Source of the DNA: Actinomycetales bacterium mxb001 | GTDB lineage: Bacteria; Actinomycetota; Actinomycetes; S36-B12 | Assembly: GCA_004379115.1 (NCBI GenBank) | Contig: NBNH01000320.1 | Location: forward strand, 278 to 64,277 | Reading direction: 5' to 3' | DNA length: 64,000 bases | Shown: positions 47,305 to 58,603 of the stretch, one piece after another | Layout of the letters: each line of letters opens with the position of its first letter | Position numbering within the stretch: the stretch's first letter is position 1 | Notes under the pieces: generated by a model | The model's input: only the letters and a program-made list of their open reading frames with translations | The model's database searches: none | What the model was told of the DNA's origin: nothing | Translations under genes and position numbers: made by a program

Positions 47305-47961
47305 CTAGTTGGGGGAGGCCTCGTCGCGGAGCAGGTCGACCGCCGGGAGCGACGGCAGCGCTGCGATGACCGAGGTCTCGCGGCGCAGGAAGGCGAGCTC
47401 GGCACGCAGTCGATCGGCATCGGTCGGCTGTTCGAGCAACGCCTGGCGACCGGGCAGATCGATGACGACGGCCGCGGCCACGAGGTAGGACAGGACGCGC
47501 GGCTCGTCGGGCAGGCTGCTCCCGTCGTCCTCGGTAAACATGGAGCGGTATTCCACGAACCACTGTGCCACCGCGGAAGCGAGGGGCTCGGTATCTCCTC
47601 CGGACTCCTCGGCCACCTCGGTCGTGATGGCGCGCAGGTAGGGCAGTGACGTGTCGATGGTGCCGACGTGGACTCGGCGGGTTCCCACCGTCACGATGTC
47701 GAAGCGACCGTCATCCAGTGGTGAGATCTCACGCAGCGATGCAATGGTGCCGACCTCGTAGAGTGCCCGCGCACCCTCAGCGCCCACCTCCCGTCCTTCG
47801 CGGATGGCGACCACGACGAACTCGCGCTCGTCCTCGGGCAACTCCTGAAGGTCGGCGATCAGGCGGCGGTAGCGCGGCTCGAAGATGTGCAGGGGCAGTA
47901 CCAAGCCCGGAACCAACAGGGTGCCGAGGGGGAACAGGGGGAGAAGTCGCCCGTCCGTCAC
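47305..47961 (-). CDS. LON N-terminal (substrate-binding) domain protein
   Basis: 218 aa beginning [28 protein letters not shown], which is typical of the Lon N-domain. No ATPase or protease part is present. Confidence 0.8.
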   Translation of the reverse strand: MTDGRLLPLFPLGTLLVPGLVLPLHIFEPRYRRLIADLQELPEDEREFVVVAIREGREVGAEGARALYEVGTIASLREISPLDDGRFDIVTVGTRRVHVGTIDTSLPYLRAITTEVAEESGGDTEPLASAVAQWFVEYRSMFTEDDGSSLPDEPRVLSYLVAAAVVIDLPGRQALLEQPTDADRLRAELAFLRRETSVIAALPSLPAVDLLRDEASPN

Positions 47962-47990
47962 GTTCGCAGGTTAGACCTACAATCGGGGGC

Positions 47991-49298
47991 ATGATCCGGC
48001 GCATCGACCTGCGTGGCTCGCATGCCGAGCCTCGCGAGGTGCTGCCGCGGGCGGCGGTCGATGTCGAGCAGGCGACCGCCACGGTAGGGCCGATCGTCCT
48101 CGATGTCCGCGAGCGCGGTGCCGAGGCCGTCCTCGACTGGACCGAGCGGCTCGACGGCGTTCGGCCGACCTCGCTCCGCGTTCCGGCCGGCGCTATCGAA
48201 GCCGCTGTTGCCGGTCTGGATCCCGTCGTACGGGCGGCCCTGGAGGAGTCGATTCGACGCGCCCGCATCGTGCACTCCGATCAGCGTCGCGTCGATGTCA
48301 CGACCGTGGTCGTCCCCGGAGGCACCGTCACCGAGCGCTGGGTGCCGGTTGCCCGCGTCGGCCTCTACGTGCCGGGAGGCCGCGCGGTCTACCCCAGCAG
48401 CGTCGTCATGAACGTCGTGCCAGCCCAGATCGCGGGGGTCGCGTCGCTGTGCGTCGCCTCTCCTGCCCAGCGCGACCATGACGGCCTGCCGCACCCGACC
48501 ATCCTCGCTGCCTGCGGGCTCCTCGGCATCGACGAGGTCTACGCCGTCGGTGGCGCGCAGGCCGTGGCGATGCTGGCCTTCGGTGTCGACCTCCCCGGCG
48601 GCGGACGCTGCGAGCCGGTCGACATGGTGACCGGGCCGGGCAACATCTACGTCACAGCGGCGAAGCGCATGCTCAAGGGGCGGATCGGCATCGACTCGGA
48701 GGCCGGACCTACCGAGGTGGCGGTGCTCGCCGACGACACGGCCGATGCTGCGCACGTGGCGGCCGACCTCATCAGCCAGGCAGAGCACGACACCATCGCG
48801 GCGGCCGTGCTGGTCACGACGTCACCCGAGCTCGCCAGTGCCGTCGAAGTCGAGATCGAGGCGCAGCTGGCTCGCACCAAGCACGTCGAGCGCATCAGCG
48901 AGGCGCTCGCGGGCTCGCAAAGCGGCGTCGTGCTGGTGGACGACATCAACCAGGGGTTGCGCGTCATCGACGCCTACGCGGCTGAGCACCTGGAGATCCA
49001 CACGCGCGATGCCCGAGAGGTCGCCATGCGCGTGCGCAATGCGGGCGCCATCTTCGTGGGCCCGCACGCCCCGGTGTCTCTGGGCGATTACTGCGCCGGC
49101 TCCAACCACGTCCTGCCGACGGGGGGCACGGCCGCGCACTGCTCGGGGCTCTCGGTGCAGACCTTCCTTCGCGGTATTCACGTGGTCGACTACGACCGAG
49201 CGGCACTGGCCGACGTGGCCGATCACGTGGTGGCGCTTGCGCTCGCCGAGGACCTGCCCGGTCACGCTGCGGCGATCACCATCCGGCTGCAGGACTGA
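47991..49298 (+). CDS. hisD: Histidinol dehydrogenase
   Basis: ATG at 47991 (MIRRIDLRG...). HisD-like features include the [11 protein letters not shown] segment, QAEHD and [15 protein letters not shown]. Confidence 0.95.
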   Translation: MIRRIDLRGSHAEPREVLPRAAVDVEQATATVGPIVLDVRERGAEAVLDWTERLDGVRPTSLRVPAGAIEAAVAGLDPVVRAALEESIRRARIVHSDQRRVDVTTVVVPGGTVTERWVPVARVGLYVPGGRAVYPSSVVMNVVPAQIAGVASLCVASPAQRDHDGLPHPTILAACGLLGIDEVYAVGGAQAVAMLAFGVDLPGGGRCEPVDMVTGPGNIYVTAAKRMLKGRIGIDSEAGPTEVAVLADDTADAAHVAADLISQAEHDTIAAAVLVTTSPELASAVEVEIEAQLARTKHVERISEALAGSQSGVVLVDDINQGLRVIDAYAAEHLEIHTRDAREVAMRVRNAGAIFVGPHAPVSLGDYCAGSNHVLPTGGTAAHCSGLSVQTFLRGIHVVDYDRAALADVADHVVALALAEDLPGHAAAITIRLQD

Positions 49299-49300
49299 TC

Positions 49301-50413
49301 GTGGCCTACGAACCCCCGCTCCGCGACGACCTGCGCGGCGCGACCCCCTATGGCGCCCCCCAGCTCGACGTGCCCGTGCGGCTCAACACCAACGAGAACC
49401 CGTTCCCGCCGTCGCCCGCGCTCGCCGACGCGATCGGCGCGGCCGCCGCACTCGCTGCCGGGGGGCTCAACCGCTACCCCGATCGCGATGCGCGCGATCT
49501 CAGGCAGCGCCTATCCGACTACCTCGCGCGCGAGTCTGGCGTTCGAGTGAGCGTCGATGAGGTGTGGGCCGCCAATGGCTCCAATGAGGTGATGCAGCAC
49601 GTGTTCGCCGCCTTCGGCGGGCCGGGGCGGATGGCCCTGGGTTTCGCGCCCACCTACTCGATGTATGAGCAGTACGCGCGCGACACCTTCACGCGATACG
49701 TCACCGTGCGTCGCAATCCGGACTTCTCGCTCGATGCCACCACCGTCGTGGCCGCCATGCTGGGGGGCTCTCCCTCCATCGTCGTGCTGACCTCGCCCAA
49801 CAACCCCACCGGAACCGCGCTTCCCCTCGAGGTCATCACCGCCGCGTGCGCCACGGCAACGGGTGTGGTCGTGGTCGATGAGGCCTACGCCGAGTTCCGT
49901 CGCCCCGGAGTGCCCAGCGCCCTCACGCTGCTCGAGGCGAACCCCAACCTCATCGTCACCCGCACGATGAGCAAGGCCTTCGCCCTGGCCGGGGCCCGCG
50001 TGGGATACGCGATCGCGCACCCGGCGATCGTCGATGCACTGCGGATCGTGCGCCTGCCCTACCACCTGTCGGCGGTCACTCAAGCGGTCGCGGCGACGGC
50101 GCTGGACTACGTCGATGAGCTGCAGGGGCAGGTCGACACCTTGCGTCAAGAGCGCGACGCGCTTGTCGCGTGGCTTCGTGAGCACGGAGTCCAGGCAGTC
50201 GATTCCGATGCCAACTTCATCCTCTTCGGCGTCTTCGCCGACCGTCATCGGGCGTGGCGGGCCCTGCTCGACCGCGGTGTCCTCGTCCGCGAGGTGGGCC
50301 CGGAGGGCTGGCTTCGCGTGACGGTGGGCACCCCCGAAGACAACGCCGCCTTCCGGACCGCGCTCGAGGTCGTCATCGGTGAGGACGGCATGATGGTGGC
50401 TCACGGGGACTAG
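49301..50413 (+). CDS. hisC: Histidinol-phosphate aminotransferase
   Basis: 370 aa with NTNENPFPPSP, TSPNNPTG and the PLP lysine context TMSKAFALAG. Confidence 0.95.
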   Translation: MAYEPPLRDDLRGATPYGAPQLDVPVRLNTNENPFPPSPALADAIGAAAALAAGGLNRYPDRDARDLRQRLSDYLARESGVRVSVDEVWAANGSNEVMQHVFAAFGGPGRMALGFAPTYSMYEQYARDTFTRYVTVRRNPDFSLDATTVVAAMLGGSPSIVVLTSPNNPTGTALPLEVITAACATATGVVVVDEAYAEFRRPGVPSALTLLEANPNLIVTRTMSKAFALAGARVGYAIAHPAIVDALRIVRLPYHLSAVTQAVAATALDYVDELQGQVDTLRQERDALVAWLREHGVQAVDSDANFILFGVFADRHRAWRALLDRGVLVREVGPEGWLRVTVGTPEDNAAFRTALEVVIGEDGMMVAHGD

Positions 50414-50417
50414 AGGG

Positions 50418-51035
50418 GTGGGCATGGGTCGCACGGGCCGCGTGGAGCGCAAGACCAAGGAAAGCAGTGTGCTCGTCGAGATCGATCTCGATGGCACCGG
50501 CAACGCCGACGTGTCCACCGGCGTGCCGTTCTTCGATCACATGCTGGCCCAGCTCGGCAAGCACGGCGGATTCGATCTGCACGTGCGCACAGAGGGCGAT
50601 CTCGAGGTCGATGCTCACCACACGGTCGAAGACACGGCCTTGGCGCTGGGCACGGCTTTCCGTGAGGCGCTGGGCGACGCCGCCGGCGTCAGGCGCTACG
50701 GCGACGCCCTGGTACCCCTCGACGAGTCGCTGTGCCAGGTAGCTGTCGACCTGTCAGGCCGGCCTTACCTCGTGCACGAAGAGCCGGAGATCGTGGAGTT
50801 GATCGGCACCTACGACACCACGCTCACGCGACACATCTTCGAGTCCTTTGTCGCCACGGGTCAGATCACGCTCCATGTGCGCGTGCTCAGCGGTCGCAAT
50901 GCCCACCACGTTGTTGAGGCTCAATTCAAGGCTTTCGCGCGAGCCCTGCGCGACGCTGTCGCCCTCGATCCGCGCGTCCAGGGCATTCCGTCCACCAAGG
51001 GCACGCTGTCGGCGCAGCAGTCGGTGGTGTCCTAG
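50418..51035 (+). CDS. hisB: Imidazoleglycerol-phosphate dehydratase
   Basis: The sequence contains [15 protein letters not shown] and [14 protein letters not shown], followed by [17 protein letters not shown] at 50424 is an equally plausible start. Confidence 0.93.
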   Translation: MGMGRTGRVERKTKESSVLVEIDLDGTGNADVSTGVPFFDHMLAQLGKHGGFDLHVRTEGDLEVDAHHTVEDTALALGTAFREALGDAAGVRRYGDALVPLDESLCQVAVDLSGRPYLVHEEPEIVELIGTYDTTLTRHIFESFVATGQITLHVRVLSGRNAHHVVEAQFKAFARALRDAVALDPRVQGIPSTKGTLSAQQSVVS

Positions 51036-51037
51036 TC

Positions 51038-51199
51038 ATGTCCTGGACTGTCGTCCTGCTGCTCGCCCTTGCCGGTTTCCTCATCGGGGGAGTGATCTCC
51101 TTCGCGCGACAGCGACGTCGCAATGCCGCGATCATCATGGGCGTCCTGGCCGTCATGGCCATCGCGGCCGCGTTCCTGTGGGCGTGGGATCCGGTCTGA
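51038..51199 (+). CDS. Small membrane protein (53 aa) between hisB and hisH, not in the ORF track
   Basis: The translation is [53 protein letters not shown]: two TM helices around a basic loop. It starts 2 nt after the hisB stop, and its TGA overlaps the hisH ATG (TGATG). Confidence 0.6.
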   Translation: MSWTVVLLLALAGFLIGGVISFARQRRRNAAIIMGVLAVMAIAAAFLWAWDPV

Positions 51200-51840
51200 T
51201 GTCCGCACCGGCGGTGGCCGTGCTCGACTACGGCTCCGGCAATCTGCGATCGGCCCAGCGAGCCCTGGAGCGCGCCGGCGCCACCGTGCACGTGACGGCC
51301 GATCATGACGTGATCGCGCAGGCCGATGGCGTTGTGGTGCCCGGGGTAGGTGCCTTCGCTGCCTGCATGTCCGGATTCGACGCGGTCGATGGTCCGCGCC
51401 TCATCGAGCGGCGCCTGGCGGGAGGTCGGCCCGTCCTGGGGATCTGTGTCGGGATGCAGATCATGTTCGAGCGCGGCGAGGAGCATGGTCACGACACCCC
51501 GGGCCTTGGTGAGTGGCCCGGCGCCGTGTCTGTTCTTGAGGCGCCGGTGCTGCCGCACATGGGTTGGAACACCGTCAGTCCACCGGACGGCTCCCGGATG
51601 TTCCGAGGCATTGCTGACCAGTACTTCTACTTCGTTCACTCCTATGCGGCACAGCGATGGGATCTGGCTGCCGATCCAGCCGGGCGGCTCGCCGCGCCGC
51701 GCGTCACGTGGACGACCTACGGCTCGCCCTTCGTTTCGGCGGTGGAAAACGGACCGCTGTGGGCCACCCAGTTTCATCCGGAGAAGTCCGGCGATGCCGG
51801 GCTCGTCCTGCTGCGCAATTGGCTCGAGACGATCGTCTAG
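51199..51840 (+). CDS. hisH: Imidazole glycerol phosphate synthase, glutaminase subunit
   Basis: ATG at 51199 ([18 protein letters not shown]). It has the catalytic Cys context [10 protein letters not shown] and the QFHPEKS motif. Confidence 0.93.
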   Translation: MSAPAVAVLDYGSGNLRSAQRALERAGATVHVTADHDVIAQADGVVVPGVGAFAACMSGFDAVDGPRLIERRLAGGRPVLGICVGMQIMFERGEEHGHDTPGLGEWPGAVSVLEAPVLPHMGWNTVSPPDGSRMFRGIADQYFYFVHSYAAQRWDLAADPAGRLAAPRVTWTTYGSPFVSAVENGPLWATQFHPEKSGDAGLVLLRNWLETIV

Positions 51841-52170
51841 GTGGCAAAGGAGAGAGCGCGCAAGCGTGCTGAGCGCGAGGCGCAGGCTGCCCGCGATCGG
51901 CAGGAGCGCGCACGTACAAGGGCACGCAAGGAGCGACTCGATCGCGGGAAGAAGGCGCTGACCTCACTCGTGCCCGATGCACCCAAGCGAACTCCCGGTC
52001 TGCTGGCGCGTCGCCGTCGCCGTCGCCTCATGGCTTTTGCGGCCACGATCATGCTCATCCAGGTGATCGTGTGGCCGCTCCTGCCCACCTGGACCGCGCG
52101 ACTTGTCGTGCTCGCGCTGAGCCTTGTCATCGCGCCCGTTGCCTGGGTGCTGGCCTTCGGAAGAGTGTGA
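51841..52170 (+). CDS. Hypothetical membrane protein with a highly charged N-terminal helix, inserted between hisH and hisA
   Basis: 109 aa. GTG follows the hisH stop directly. The N-terminus is Arg/Lys/Glu-rich (AKERARKRAEREAQAARDRQERARTRARKERL) and is followed by two TM helices. Confidence 0.55.
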   Translation: MAKERARKRAEREAQAARDRQERARTRARKERLDRGKKALTSLVPDAPKRTPGLLARRRRRRLMAFAATIMLIQVIVWPLLPTWTARLVVLALSLVIAPVAWVLAFGRV

Positions 52171-52190
52171 GCACCGCGTAGGGTCTTCCC

Positions 52191-52982
52191 ATGTCGCACA
52201 AGAACATGACCCCCCGCGCGTTCGCGCTCATGCCTGCCGTCGATATCCAGCAGGGCAGGGCTGTCCGCCTCGTCCAGGGCGCCGCCGGATCCGAGACCGA
52301 CTACGGCGATCCCGTGCAGGCCGCACGGTCGTGGGTCGATCAGGGAGCTCGGTGGCTGCACGTCGTCGATCTCGATCGCGCCTTCGGGAGTGGCTCGAAT
52401 GCCGACATCGTGGCGAAGGTCGTGGCTGCGGTACGCGACCACGTCGAGGTCGTGGAGGTCGCCGGTGGGATCCGTGACGACGAGTCTCTGGCAGCAGCCC
52501 TCGCGACAGGGGCGACCCGTGCGGTCATCGGAACCGCGGCTCTCGAAACACCCGACTGGGTGGCGGCGGCCATCGCCTCCCATGGCGATCGCATCGCCGT
52601 CTCGCTCGACGTAAGGGGAACCACGCTCGCTGCCCGCGGGTGGACACAGGAGGGTGGCGACCTCTTCGAGACGCTGACGCGCCTCGATGAGGCTGGTTGC
52701 GCGCGCTACATCGTCACCGATGTCGAGCGCGACGGGACCATGGAAGGCCCGCACTTCCATCTCCTCCATCGCGTCTGCAAGCACACTGATCGACCGGTGA
52801 TGGCATCCGGCGGTATCGCCAAGCTGGAGGATCTTCACAAGTTGGTCGAGATGATGCCGGACGGTATCGAGGGTGCGATCGTCGGTCGGGCCCTCTACGA
52901 CAACGCCTTCACACTCGCTGACGCGATCGCCGCCGTCCAGGCGCGCTTCGACTTCTTCGAGTGGGGTCCGCCTCAGCCGTGA
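52191..52982 (+). CDS. priA: Phosphoribosyl isomerase HisA; probably the bifunctional PriA (HisA/TrpF) type
   Basis: 263 aa with [18 protein letters not shown] and [10 protein letters not shown], then [10 protein letters not shown]. No separate trpF lies among the downstream trp genes in this window. Confidence 0.88.
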   Translation: MSHKNMTPRAFALMPAVDIQQGRAVRLVQGAAGSETDYGDPVQAARSWVDQGARWLHVVDLDRAFGSGSNADIVAKVVAAVRDHVEVVEVAGGIRDDESLAAALATGATRAVIGTAALETPDWVAAAIASHGDRIAVSLDVRGTTLAARGWTQEGGDLFETLTRLDEAGCARYIVTDVERDGTMEGPHFHLLHRVCKHTDRPVMASGGIAKLEDLHKLVEMMPDGIEGAIVGRALYDNAFTLADAIAAVQARFDFFEWGPPQP

Positions 52983-53764
52983 GTCTCGCCGTACGCGTCA
53001 TCCCATGCCTCGACGTCGACGGCGGTCGAGTGGTCAAGGGGATCAACTTCGAGGGCCTGCGAGATGCGGGGGATCCCGTGGAGTTGGCTGCCCGCTACGA
53101 CGCGGCCGGGGCCGATGAACTCGTCTTCCTGGACATCACCGCCTCATCCGGCGATCGCGAGACCACCTACGACGTGGTGCGCAGGACCGCCGATGAGGTA
53201 TTCATCCCGCTGACGGTGGGCGGCGGGGTGCGGTCGGTGGACGACTTCGACCGGCTGCTGCGGGCGGGAGCCGACAAAGTCAGCGTCAACACCGCGGCGG
53301 TGACGCGTCCTGAACTTGTCACGGAGGCCGCCGACCGCTTCGGATCCCAATGTGTCGTGCTCTCCCTCGACGTTCGCCGGTGTGCAGATGCGACCGCCTC
53401 CGGATTCGAGATCACGACGCACGGGGGCCGGACTGGCACCGGTATCGATGCAATCGGGTGGGCGCGAGAGGCCGCCGACCGAGGGGCCGGGGAGATCTTG
53501 CTCAACTCAATGGACGCCGATGGCACGCGACGGGGCTTCGACACCGAGCTCATCGCCGCTGTTCGAGCCGCTGTCTCCGTGCCTCTGATCGCCAGTGGAG
53601 GCGCTGGCACTGCCGACGACTTCCCGCCGGCTGTCCTGGCGGGAGCCGACGCCGTCCTTGCCGCCAGTGTCTTTCACTTCGGCGCGCTCACCATCGGCGA
53701 GGTCAAGCAGGCCCTGGCCCAGGCTGGCCTTCCGGTTCGCCCCGTCGGCAGGATGTCCGCATGA
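52979..53764 (+). CDS. hisF: Imidazole glycerol phosphate synthase, cyclase subunit
   Basis: GTG at 52979 overlaps the priA stop (GTGA). The sequence reads [17 protein letters not shown], with LTVGGGVRS and IASGGAG further on. Confidence 0.93.
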   Translation: MSLAVRVIPCLDVDGGRVVKGINFEGLRDAGDPVELAARYDAAGADELVFLDITASSGDRETTYDVVRRTADEVFIPLTVGGGVRSVDDFDRLLRAGADKVSVNTAAVTRPELVTEAADRFGSQCVVLSLDVRRCADATASGFEITTHGGRTGTGIDAIGWAREAADRGAGEILLNSMDADGTRRGFDTELIAAVRAAVSVPLIASGGAGTADDFPPAVLAGADAVLAASVFHFGALTIGEVKQALAQAGLPVRPVGRMSA

Positions 53765-54081
53765 CCGAGCCACGCTTCGATGACGAGGGCCTCATCCCGG
53801 TAGTCGCTCAGCAGTGGGACACCGGTGAGGTCCTCATGGTCGCGTGGATGGATGGTGAGGCACTCCGGCGCACCCGTGAATCCGGGCGTGCGACGTACTG
53901 GTCGCGCAGTCGTCGCGAGTACTGGGTCAAGGGTGAGACGTCGGGCAACCCTCAGTGGGTCAAGGAGATCCGCGTCGATTGCGACGGTGACACGTTGCTG
54001 CTCCTGGTCGACCAGGAAGGCGTGGCCTGTCACACCGGGCGCCGCTCGTGTTTCGTCGAGATGCCCGCGGATCCATCGTGA
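53761..54081 (+). CDS. hisI: Phosphoribosyl-AMP cyclohydrolase (monofunctional)
   Basis: ATG at 53761 overlaps the hisF stop. HisI-like sequences are [38 protein letters not shown] and [10 protein letters not shown], followed by [12 protein letters not shown]. Confidence 0.92.
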   Translation: MTEPRFDDEGLIPVVAQQWDTGEVLMVAWMDGEALRRTRESGRATYWSRSRREYWVKGETSGNPQWVKEIRVDCDGDTLLLLVDQEGVACHTGRRSCFVEMPADPS

Positions 54082-55655
54082 GCGAACGGGTCGCGTGGGG
54101 CTTTCCCCTCCCCGCACCGGGAGGAACCGCTCCCGACCTAGTGCGCTTCCGCGAACTCGCCCCCGGCCGTCGCGTGATCCCCGTGGTCCGGCGCTTGCTG
54201 GCCGACGGCGAGACGCCGGTGGGCCTCTACCGCAAGCTCGCGGGGGAGCGACCGGGCACGTTCCTGCTGGAGTCGGCTGAGCATGGTCGCGCGTACTCGC
54301 GCTATAGCTTCATCGGCGTGCGCAGCCGCGCGCTGTTGACCGAAAGCGAGGGGGTTGCGACGTGGAGCGGGCAGCCGCCGATCGACGTGCCCACGGGCGG
54401 GGATCCTCTGGTCGCCCTGCGTGACACCGTGTCGCTCTTGCAGACCGATCCTCCGCAGGGCCTGCCACCACTCACGGGCGGCATGGTCGGCTACGTGTCA
54501 TATGACGCGGTGCGCCGGTGGGAGCGCCTTCCTGATGCCAACCCCGATGACATCGGCATCCCCGAGATGGGCTTCCTACTCGCTACCGATCTGGCCGTGC
54601 TCGATCACGCGGACGGCACGGTGCTGTTGATCGCCAATGCCATCAACTACGACGCGACCGATGAGGGCGTCGACGATGCGTGGAGTGACGCCATGGCGCG
54701 AATCGAGGCCATGACCCGCGATCTCGAGGCACCCGCAGCGTCCACGGTCTCGACCTATGATCCGGATGCTCGTGGCGATGTTCGTGCTCGAACGACTCCC
54801 GATGACTACCTCGCCTCCGTCGATCGGGTCAAGGAGCACATCAGGTCGGGCGATGCCTTCCAGGTGGTCGTGTCCCAACGTTTCGACGCGACCTGCGATG
54901 CCAGTGCACTCGATGTGTATCGCGTGCTTCGGGTCACGAATCCCAGTCCCTACATGTACCTGCTGCGCATGCCCAACGCTGACGGTGACGGCGTGGCATT
55001 CGACATCGTGGGTTCCTCGCCCGAGGCCCTGGTGACCGTCTCGGATGGTCGCTGCCGAGTACACCCCATCGCGGGAACCCGTCCGCGCGGGGCAACCCCT
55101 GAGGAGGACGCGGACCTCGTCGAAGGGCTACTCGCGGATGAAAAGGAGCGCGCGGAGCACCTCATGCTCGTGGACCTCGGCCGCAATGACCTCGGCCGCG
55201 TGTGCGCACCGGGATCAGTCGAGGTGGTCGAGTTCATGCAGGTCGAGCGCTACTCGCACGTGAGCCATCTGGTGTCGACCGTGGTCGGGCGACTGGCCCC
55301 GGATCGCAGCGCCTATGACGCCCTCGCCGCCTGCTTCCCGGCCGGAACCCTCTCGGGTGCACCCAAGCCTCGTGCCATGGAGATCATCGACGACCTGGAG
55401 CCGACCAGGCGCGGCCTCTACGGCGGGGTCGTCGGGTACGTCGACTTCGCCGGCGACCTCGATATGGCCATCGCCATTCGCACGGCCGTCATCAAGGACA
55501 AGGTGGCGTTCGTCCAGGCTGGCGCCGGCATCGTGGCTGACTCCGATCCTCAAGCCGAGCACGCAGAATGCGCGGCGAAGGCGGCCGCCGTCTTGCGGGC
55601 AGTTGCCATCGCCGGCACGTTGGGCACCCTGGACGGAGACGCGCCCCGTGCGTGA
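54078..55655 (+). CDS. trpE: Anthranilate synthase component I
   Basis: GTG at 54078 overlaps the hisI stop (GTGA). Motifs: LLESAE, the GxxGY element (GMVGYVSYD), FQVVVSQRF, and the [12 protein letters not shown] segment followed by [17 protein letters not shown]. Confidence 0.93.
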   Translation: MSERVAWGFPLPAPGGTAPDLVRFRELAPGRRVIPVVRRLLADGETPVGLYRKLAGERPGTFLLESAEHGRAYSRYSFIGVRSRALLTESEGVATWSGQPPIDVPTGGDPLVALRDTVSLLQTDPPQGLPPLTGGMVGYVSYDAVRRWERLPDANPDDIGIPEMGFLLATDLAVLDHADGTVLLIANAINYDATDEGVDDAWSDAMARIEAMTRDLEAPAASTVSTYDPDARGDVRARTTPDDYLASVDRVKEHIRSGDAFQVVVSQRFDATCDASALDVYRVLRVTNPSPYMYLLRMPNADGDGVAFDIVGSSPEALVTVSDGRCRVHPIAGTRPRGATPEEDADLVEGLLADEKERAEHLMLVDLGRNDLGRVCAPGSVEVVEFMQVERYSHVSHLVSTVVGRLAPDRSAYDALAACFPAGTLSGAPKPRAMEIIDDLEPTRRGLYGGVVGYVDFAGDLDMAIAIRTAVIKDKVAFVQAGAGIVADSDPQAEHAECAAKAAAVLRAVAIAGTLGTLDGDAPRA

Positions 55656-56229
55656 ATACCTCGGCACGTTGGCGGCGATAGCAGCGGCAGCGGTCGTCAT
55701 CATCGCCTCGTACGCCGCCACGTGGGCCACCGTCACCGTGCCTGTCTTCACCGGCCAAGACGCCGCACCGACCCGCGACGTCACGCTGACGGGAGGGCAA
55801 CTCGTGCCGCTGGGTGCCGCGCTCGGCTGGCTCGCCCTCGCCGGTGCTGCCGGCCTATTGGCCACCCGCACCTGGGGTCGTCGTGTGGTGGGAACAGTCA
55901 TGGTGCTGGCCGGGGGTGGCGCAGGCGCCAGCGCGCTGGCCTTCGGCCTGACCGGTCCGGCGCTCATCGACACCGCACTCGCGGCCCAAGGGCTGCCCGC
56001 GCCCGACTCAGTGTCACGCAGTGCCTGGTGGATCGCCGCGATGATGGCCGGGCTGGTGGTCCTCGTAGGGGGTGCCCTGTCGGTCCTGCGCGGTCCGTCG
56101 TGGCCGGGCCTGTCCCGGCGCTACGAACGCCGTTCGACGGCGACCGCGGGGCCCGTCGGCGGCGTGGCGGCGTGGGATGCACTGGATCGCGGCGAGGACC
56201 CCACCGACCCGCCGCCCCCGACTGGTTGA
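55648..56229 (+). CDS. Trp-operon-associated membrane protein (TIGR02234-like)
   Basis: GTG at 55648 overlaps the trpE 3' end. 193 aa with four TM helices. It holds the same position as the membrane ORF after trpE in other Actinomycetota (for example Rv1610 in M. tuberculosis). Confidence 0.65.
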   Translation: MREYLGTLAAIAAAAVVIIASYAATWATVTVPVFTGQDAAPTRDVTLTGGQLVPLGAALGWLALAGAAGLLATRTWGRRVVGTVMVLAGGGAGASALAFGLTGPALIDTALAAQGLPAPDSVSRSAWWIAAMMAGLVVLVGGALSVLRGPSWPGLSRRYERRSTATAGPVGGVAAWDALDRGEDPTDPPPPTG

Positions 56230-56272
56230 ATGGGCAGACAGTCCCGTCGACGACATGCCAGGGAGGCCACCC

Positions 56273-56497
56273 ATGGAGGGCAAGCGAAACAGCCACGGCT
56301 CGACACCGGCCGCCTGGACGCTGGTCGTCATCGTGACCCTGGGCGTGACCGTGTCCACGGTGTCACTGGTGTTGGGCAGTTGGTTCGGCTTCTGGGTGGG
56401 CGCGGCCGTGGTCCTGCTCGGCGCCATCGTTGGGGGAATCATGCGCGCGGCAGGTCTCGGCCAAAAGCCGCGGCCGTCGGCGCGCGCCAACTCCTAG
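56273..56497 (+). CDS. HGxxPAAW-family small membrane protein
   Basis: ATG at 56273 follows GGGAGG. The sequence is MEGKRNSHGSTPAAWTLVVIV..., carrying the family-naming HGSTPAAW motif and two TM helices. Confidence 0.7.
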   Translation: MEGKRNSHGSTPAAWTLVVIVTLGVTVSTVSLVLGSWFGFWVGAAVVLLGAIVGGIMRAAGLGQKPRPSARANS

Positions 56498-56519
56498 GCC
56501 GAGCGGCGTCGGGCAACCC

Positions 56520-57221
56520 GTGACCGGGACTCGCGGCGCCGACGCGCCCACGCGCGGACTCGTGCTCGTCGTTGAAGACGAAGCGGCCATCGCTGATGTG
56601 CTTCGTCTCTACCTCACCCGCGATGGATTCCAGGTTGTCGTCGAGCACACTGGGCCTGCCGGCCTCGAAGCCGTGCGTCGTCTGCGTCCCGCGGCCATCG
56701 TCCTCGATGTCGGTTTGCCCGGCATGGATGGCACCGAGGTGTGCCGGCGGCTCCGCTCCGACGGCGACTGGACGCCCATCCTGTTCTGCACGGCTCGCGA
56801 TGACGAGATCGACCGCATCCTCGGTCTCGAGATGGGCGCAGACGACTACATCACGAAACCCTTCAGTCCTCGCGAGGTTGTCGCACGTGTCCGTGTCGCC
56901 CTGCGACACGCCGGCCCGGCTACGGTCGGAGACACGTTGACGATCGGTCAGGTCAGCCTCGACCGATCGTCGCGTCGTGTGAGCGTCAACGGCGAATCTG
57001 TCGACCTGACGGCCACGGAGTTCGACCTTCTCGAATACCTCATGGCGCACCCATCGCGTGTCTTCTCGCGTGAGCAGCTGCTCTCCGAGGTGTGGGGCTA
57101 TGCGGCGATGGTGGGCACGCGCACCGTCGATGTCCACGTCGCGCAGGTGCGTGCCAAGTTGGGCGACGCGAGTCCGATCCGCACCGTTCGTGGCGTGGGC
57201 TACGCCGCCGAGGCCACGTGA
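56520..57221 (+). CDS. OmpR/PhoB-family response regulator
   Basis: GTG at 56520. The receiver domain is LVLVVEDEAAIADVL...IVLDVGLPGMDG. The winged-helix part is LTATEFDLLEYLMAHPSRVFSREQLL...RTVDVHVAQVRAKL. Confidence 0.9.
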   Translation: MTGTRGADAPTRGLVLVVEDEAAIADVLRLYLTRDGFQVVVEHTGPAGLEAVRRLRPAAIVLDVGLPGMDGTEVCRRLRSDGDWTPILFCTARDDEIDRILGLEMGADDYITKPFSPREVVARVRVALRHAGPATVGDTLTIGQVSLDRSSRRVSVNGESVDLTATEFDLLEYLMAHPSRVFSREQLLSEVWGYAAMVGTRTVDVHVAQVRAKLGDASPIRTVRGVGYAAEAT

Positions 57222-58594
57222 GGCGCTGGGGAATCCTCCCGCGCATCGTGCTCCTCACGAGCGCGGTGGCGGCGGTGGCTGTGCTCGTGGCTGGTCTCGT
57301 GTCGTTCCCGCTCGTCCGCGGCGATGCGCAGGCCCGGGCCCTCGACGATCTCTCGCGGTTGGCCGGTCTCACGGCGTCGGCCCTGCGCGTCGGGCCCGGC
57401 GGCACCTACGTCCTTCCACCGCGAGTCGGAACCGTTCTGCAGGCAGAGCAGGTGACGGCCTACGTCGTCACTCCCGGTGCCACGGAGTTGCCCGACGGTG
57501 TCACCGCCGACGATGTGACCGCCGTGACCACTGGAGCAACCGTGAGCACGACGGTCGACACCGAGGCCGGCGCCCTCCTGGTGGCGGGGCGCCCACTCGA
57601 ACCGGGGATCGGGGTGGTGCTTGTCCAACCGTCATCCGTCGCCGGAGGCACGGCGGCGCAGGTGCTGTGGCGTCTGGTCCTGGCCCTCCTCATCGGCCTG
57701 GGTATCGCCATCGTGGTCGCGGTCATCGCGGCAGGACGCATCGCGCGGCCCTTGCGATCCGCGGCCGAGGCCGCACATCGACTCGGTGGGGGCGAGCGAG
57801 GTGTTGACCTGTCGCCCGAGGGCCCGGCCGAGGTCGCTGACATCGCCGAGGCCCTCAACCGACTGAGCGATGCCCTGGCTGTGTCGGAGGGACGTCAGCG
57901 TGAATTCCTCCTATCGGTGTCGCATGAACTGCGAACGCCCATCACCTCGATCCGCGGCTACGCCGAGGCTCTCGCCGATGGGCTGGTGAGCGGCGATGAG
58001 GTCGGACGCACGGGCGCGGTGATGGCCTCCGAGGCGATCCGACTCGATCGACTCGTTACCGACCTTCTCGACTTGGCGCGATTGCGAGCGGACGACTTTC
58101 GCATCGTTCCTGTGCGGGTCGACCTCGGCAGCATCGCGCGCGAGGCGACTCAGGTCTGGACGGATCGTTGCGAGCGGGCCGACGTCCTGTTCACCGCGCA
58201 GATTCCCTCCCAGCCAATCGCGGTGCTGGCCGATCCGCTTCGACTCCGTCAGGTGATCGACAACCTGGCCGAGAATGCCCTGCGCGTTGCGCCCGCCGGA
58301 ACGCGCATTCGGTTGGACGTCTTGGTCGACGGGCCGTGGGGAGTGCTCTCGCTCAGTGACTCCGGACCGGGCTTGTCGAGCGATGATCTCGCGGTGGCAT
58401 TCGAACCAGGCATCCTCCACGAGCGCTACCGCGGGCTGCGTCCGGTCGGCACGGGCCTCGGCCTGGCCCTGGTCGGGCGCCTGGCCCAGGGCATGTCCGG
58501 GTGGGCGCGGGCATCGGCGCCGGCAGGGGGAGGGGCCTGCTTCACCGTGGGGGTACCACTCGATCAGCAGGCTCGCGCTGCTGCGGCGACGTAG
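57218..58594 (+). CDS. Sensor histidine kinase (2 TM, HAMP, HisKA, HATPase_c)
   Basis: GTG at 57218 overlaps the regulator stop (GTGA). It has the H-box LSVSHELRTPITSIRGY, the N-box DNLAENALR, and G-boxes DSGPGL and GTGLGLALV. Confidence 0.9.
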   Translation: MRRWGILPRIVLLTSAVAAVAVLVAGLVSFPLVRGDAQARALDDLSRLAGLTASALRVGPGGTYVLPPRVGTVLQAEQVTAYVVTPGATELPDGVTADDVTAVTTGATVSTTVDTEAGALLVAGRPLEPGIGVVLVQPSSVAGGTAAQVLWRLVLALLIGLGIAIVVAVIAAGRIARPLRSAAEAAHRLGGGERGVDLSPEGPAEVADIAEALNRLSDALAVSEGRQREFLLSVSHELRTPITSIRGYAEALADGLVSGDEVGRTGAVMASEAIRLDRLVTDLLDLARLRADDFRIVPVRVDLGSIAREATQVWTDRCERADVLFTAQIPSQPIAVLADPLRLRQVIDNLAENALRVAPAGTRIRLDVLVDGPWGVLSLSDSGPGLSSDDLAVAFEPGILHERYRGLRPVGTGLGLALVGRLAQGMSGWARASAPAGGGACFTVGVPLDQQARAAAAT

Positions 58595-58603
58595 GCTGAT
58601 CTC

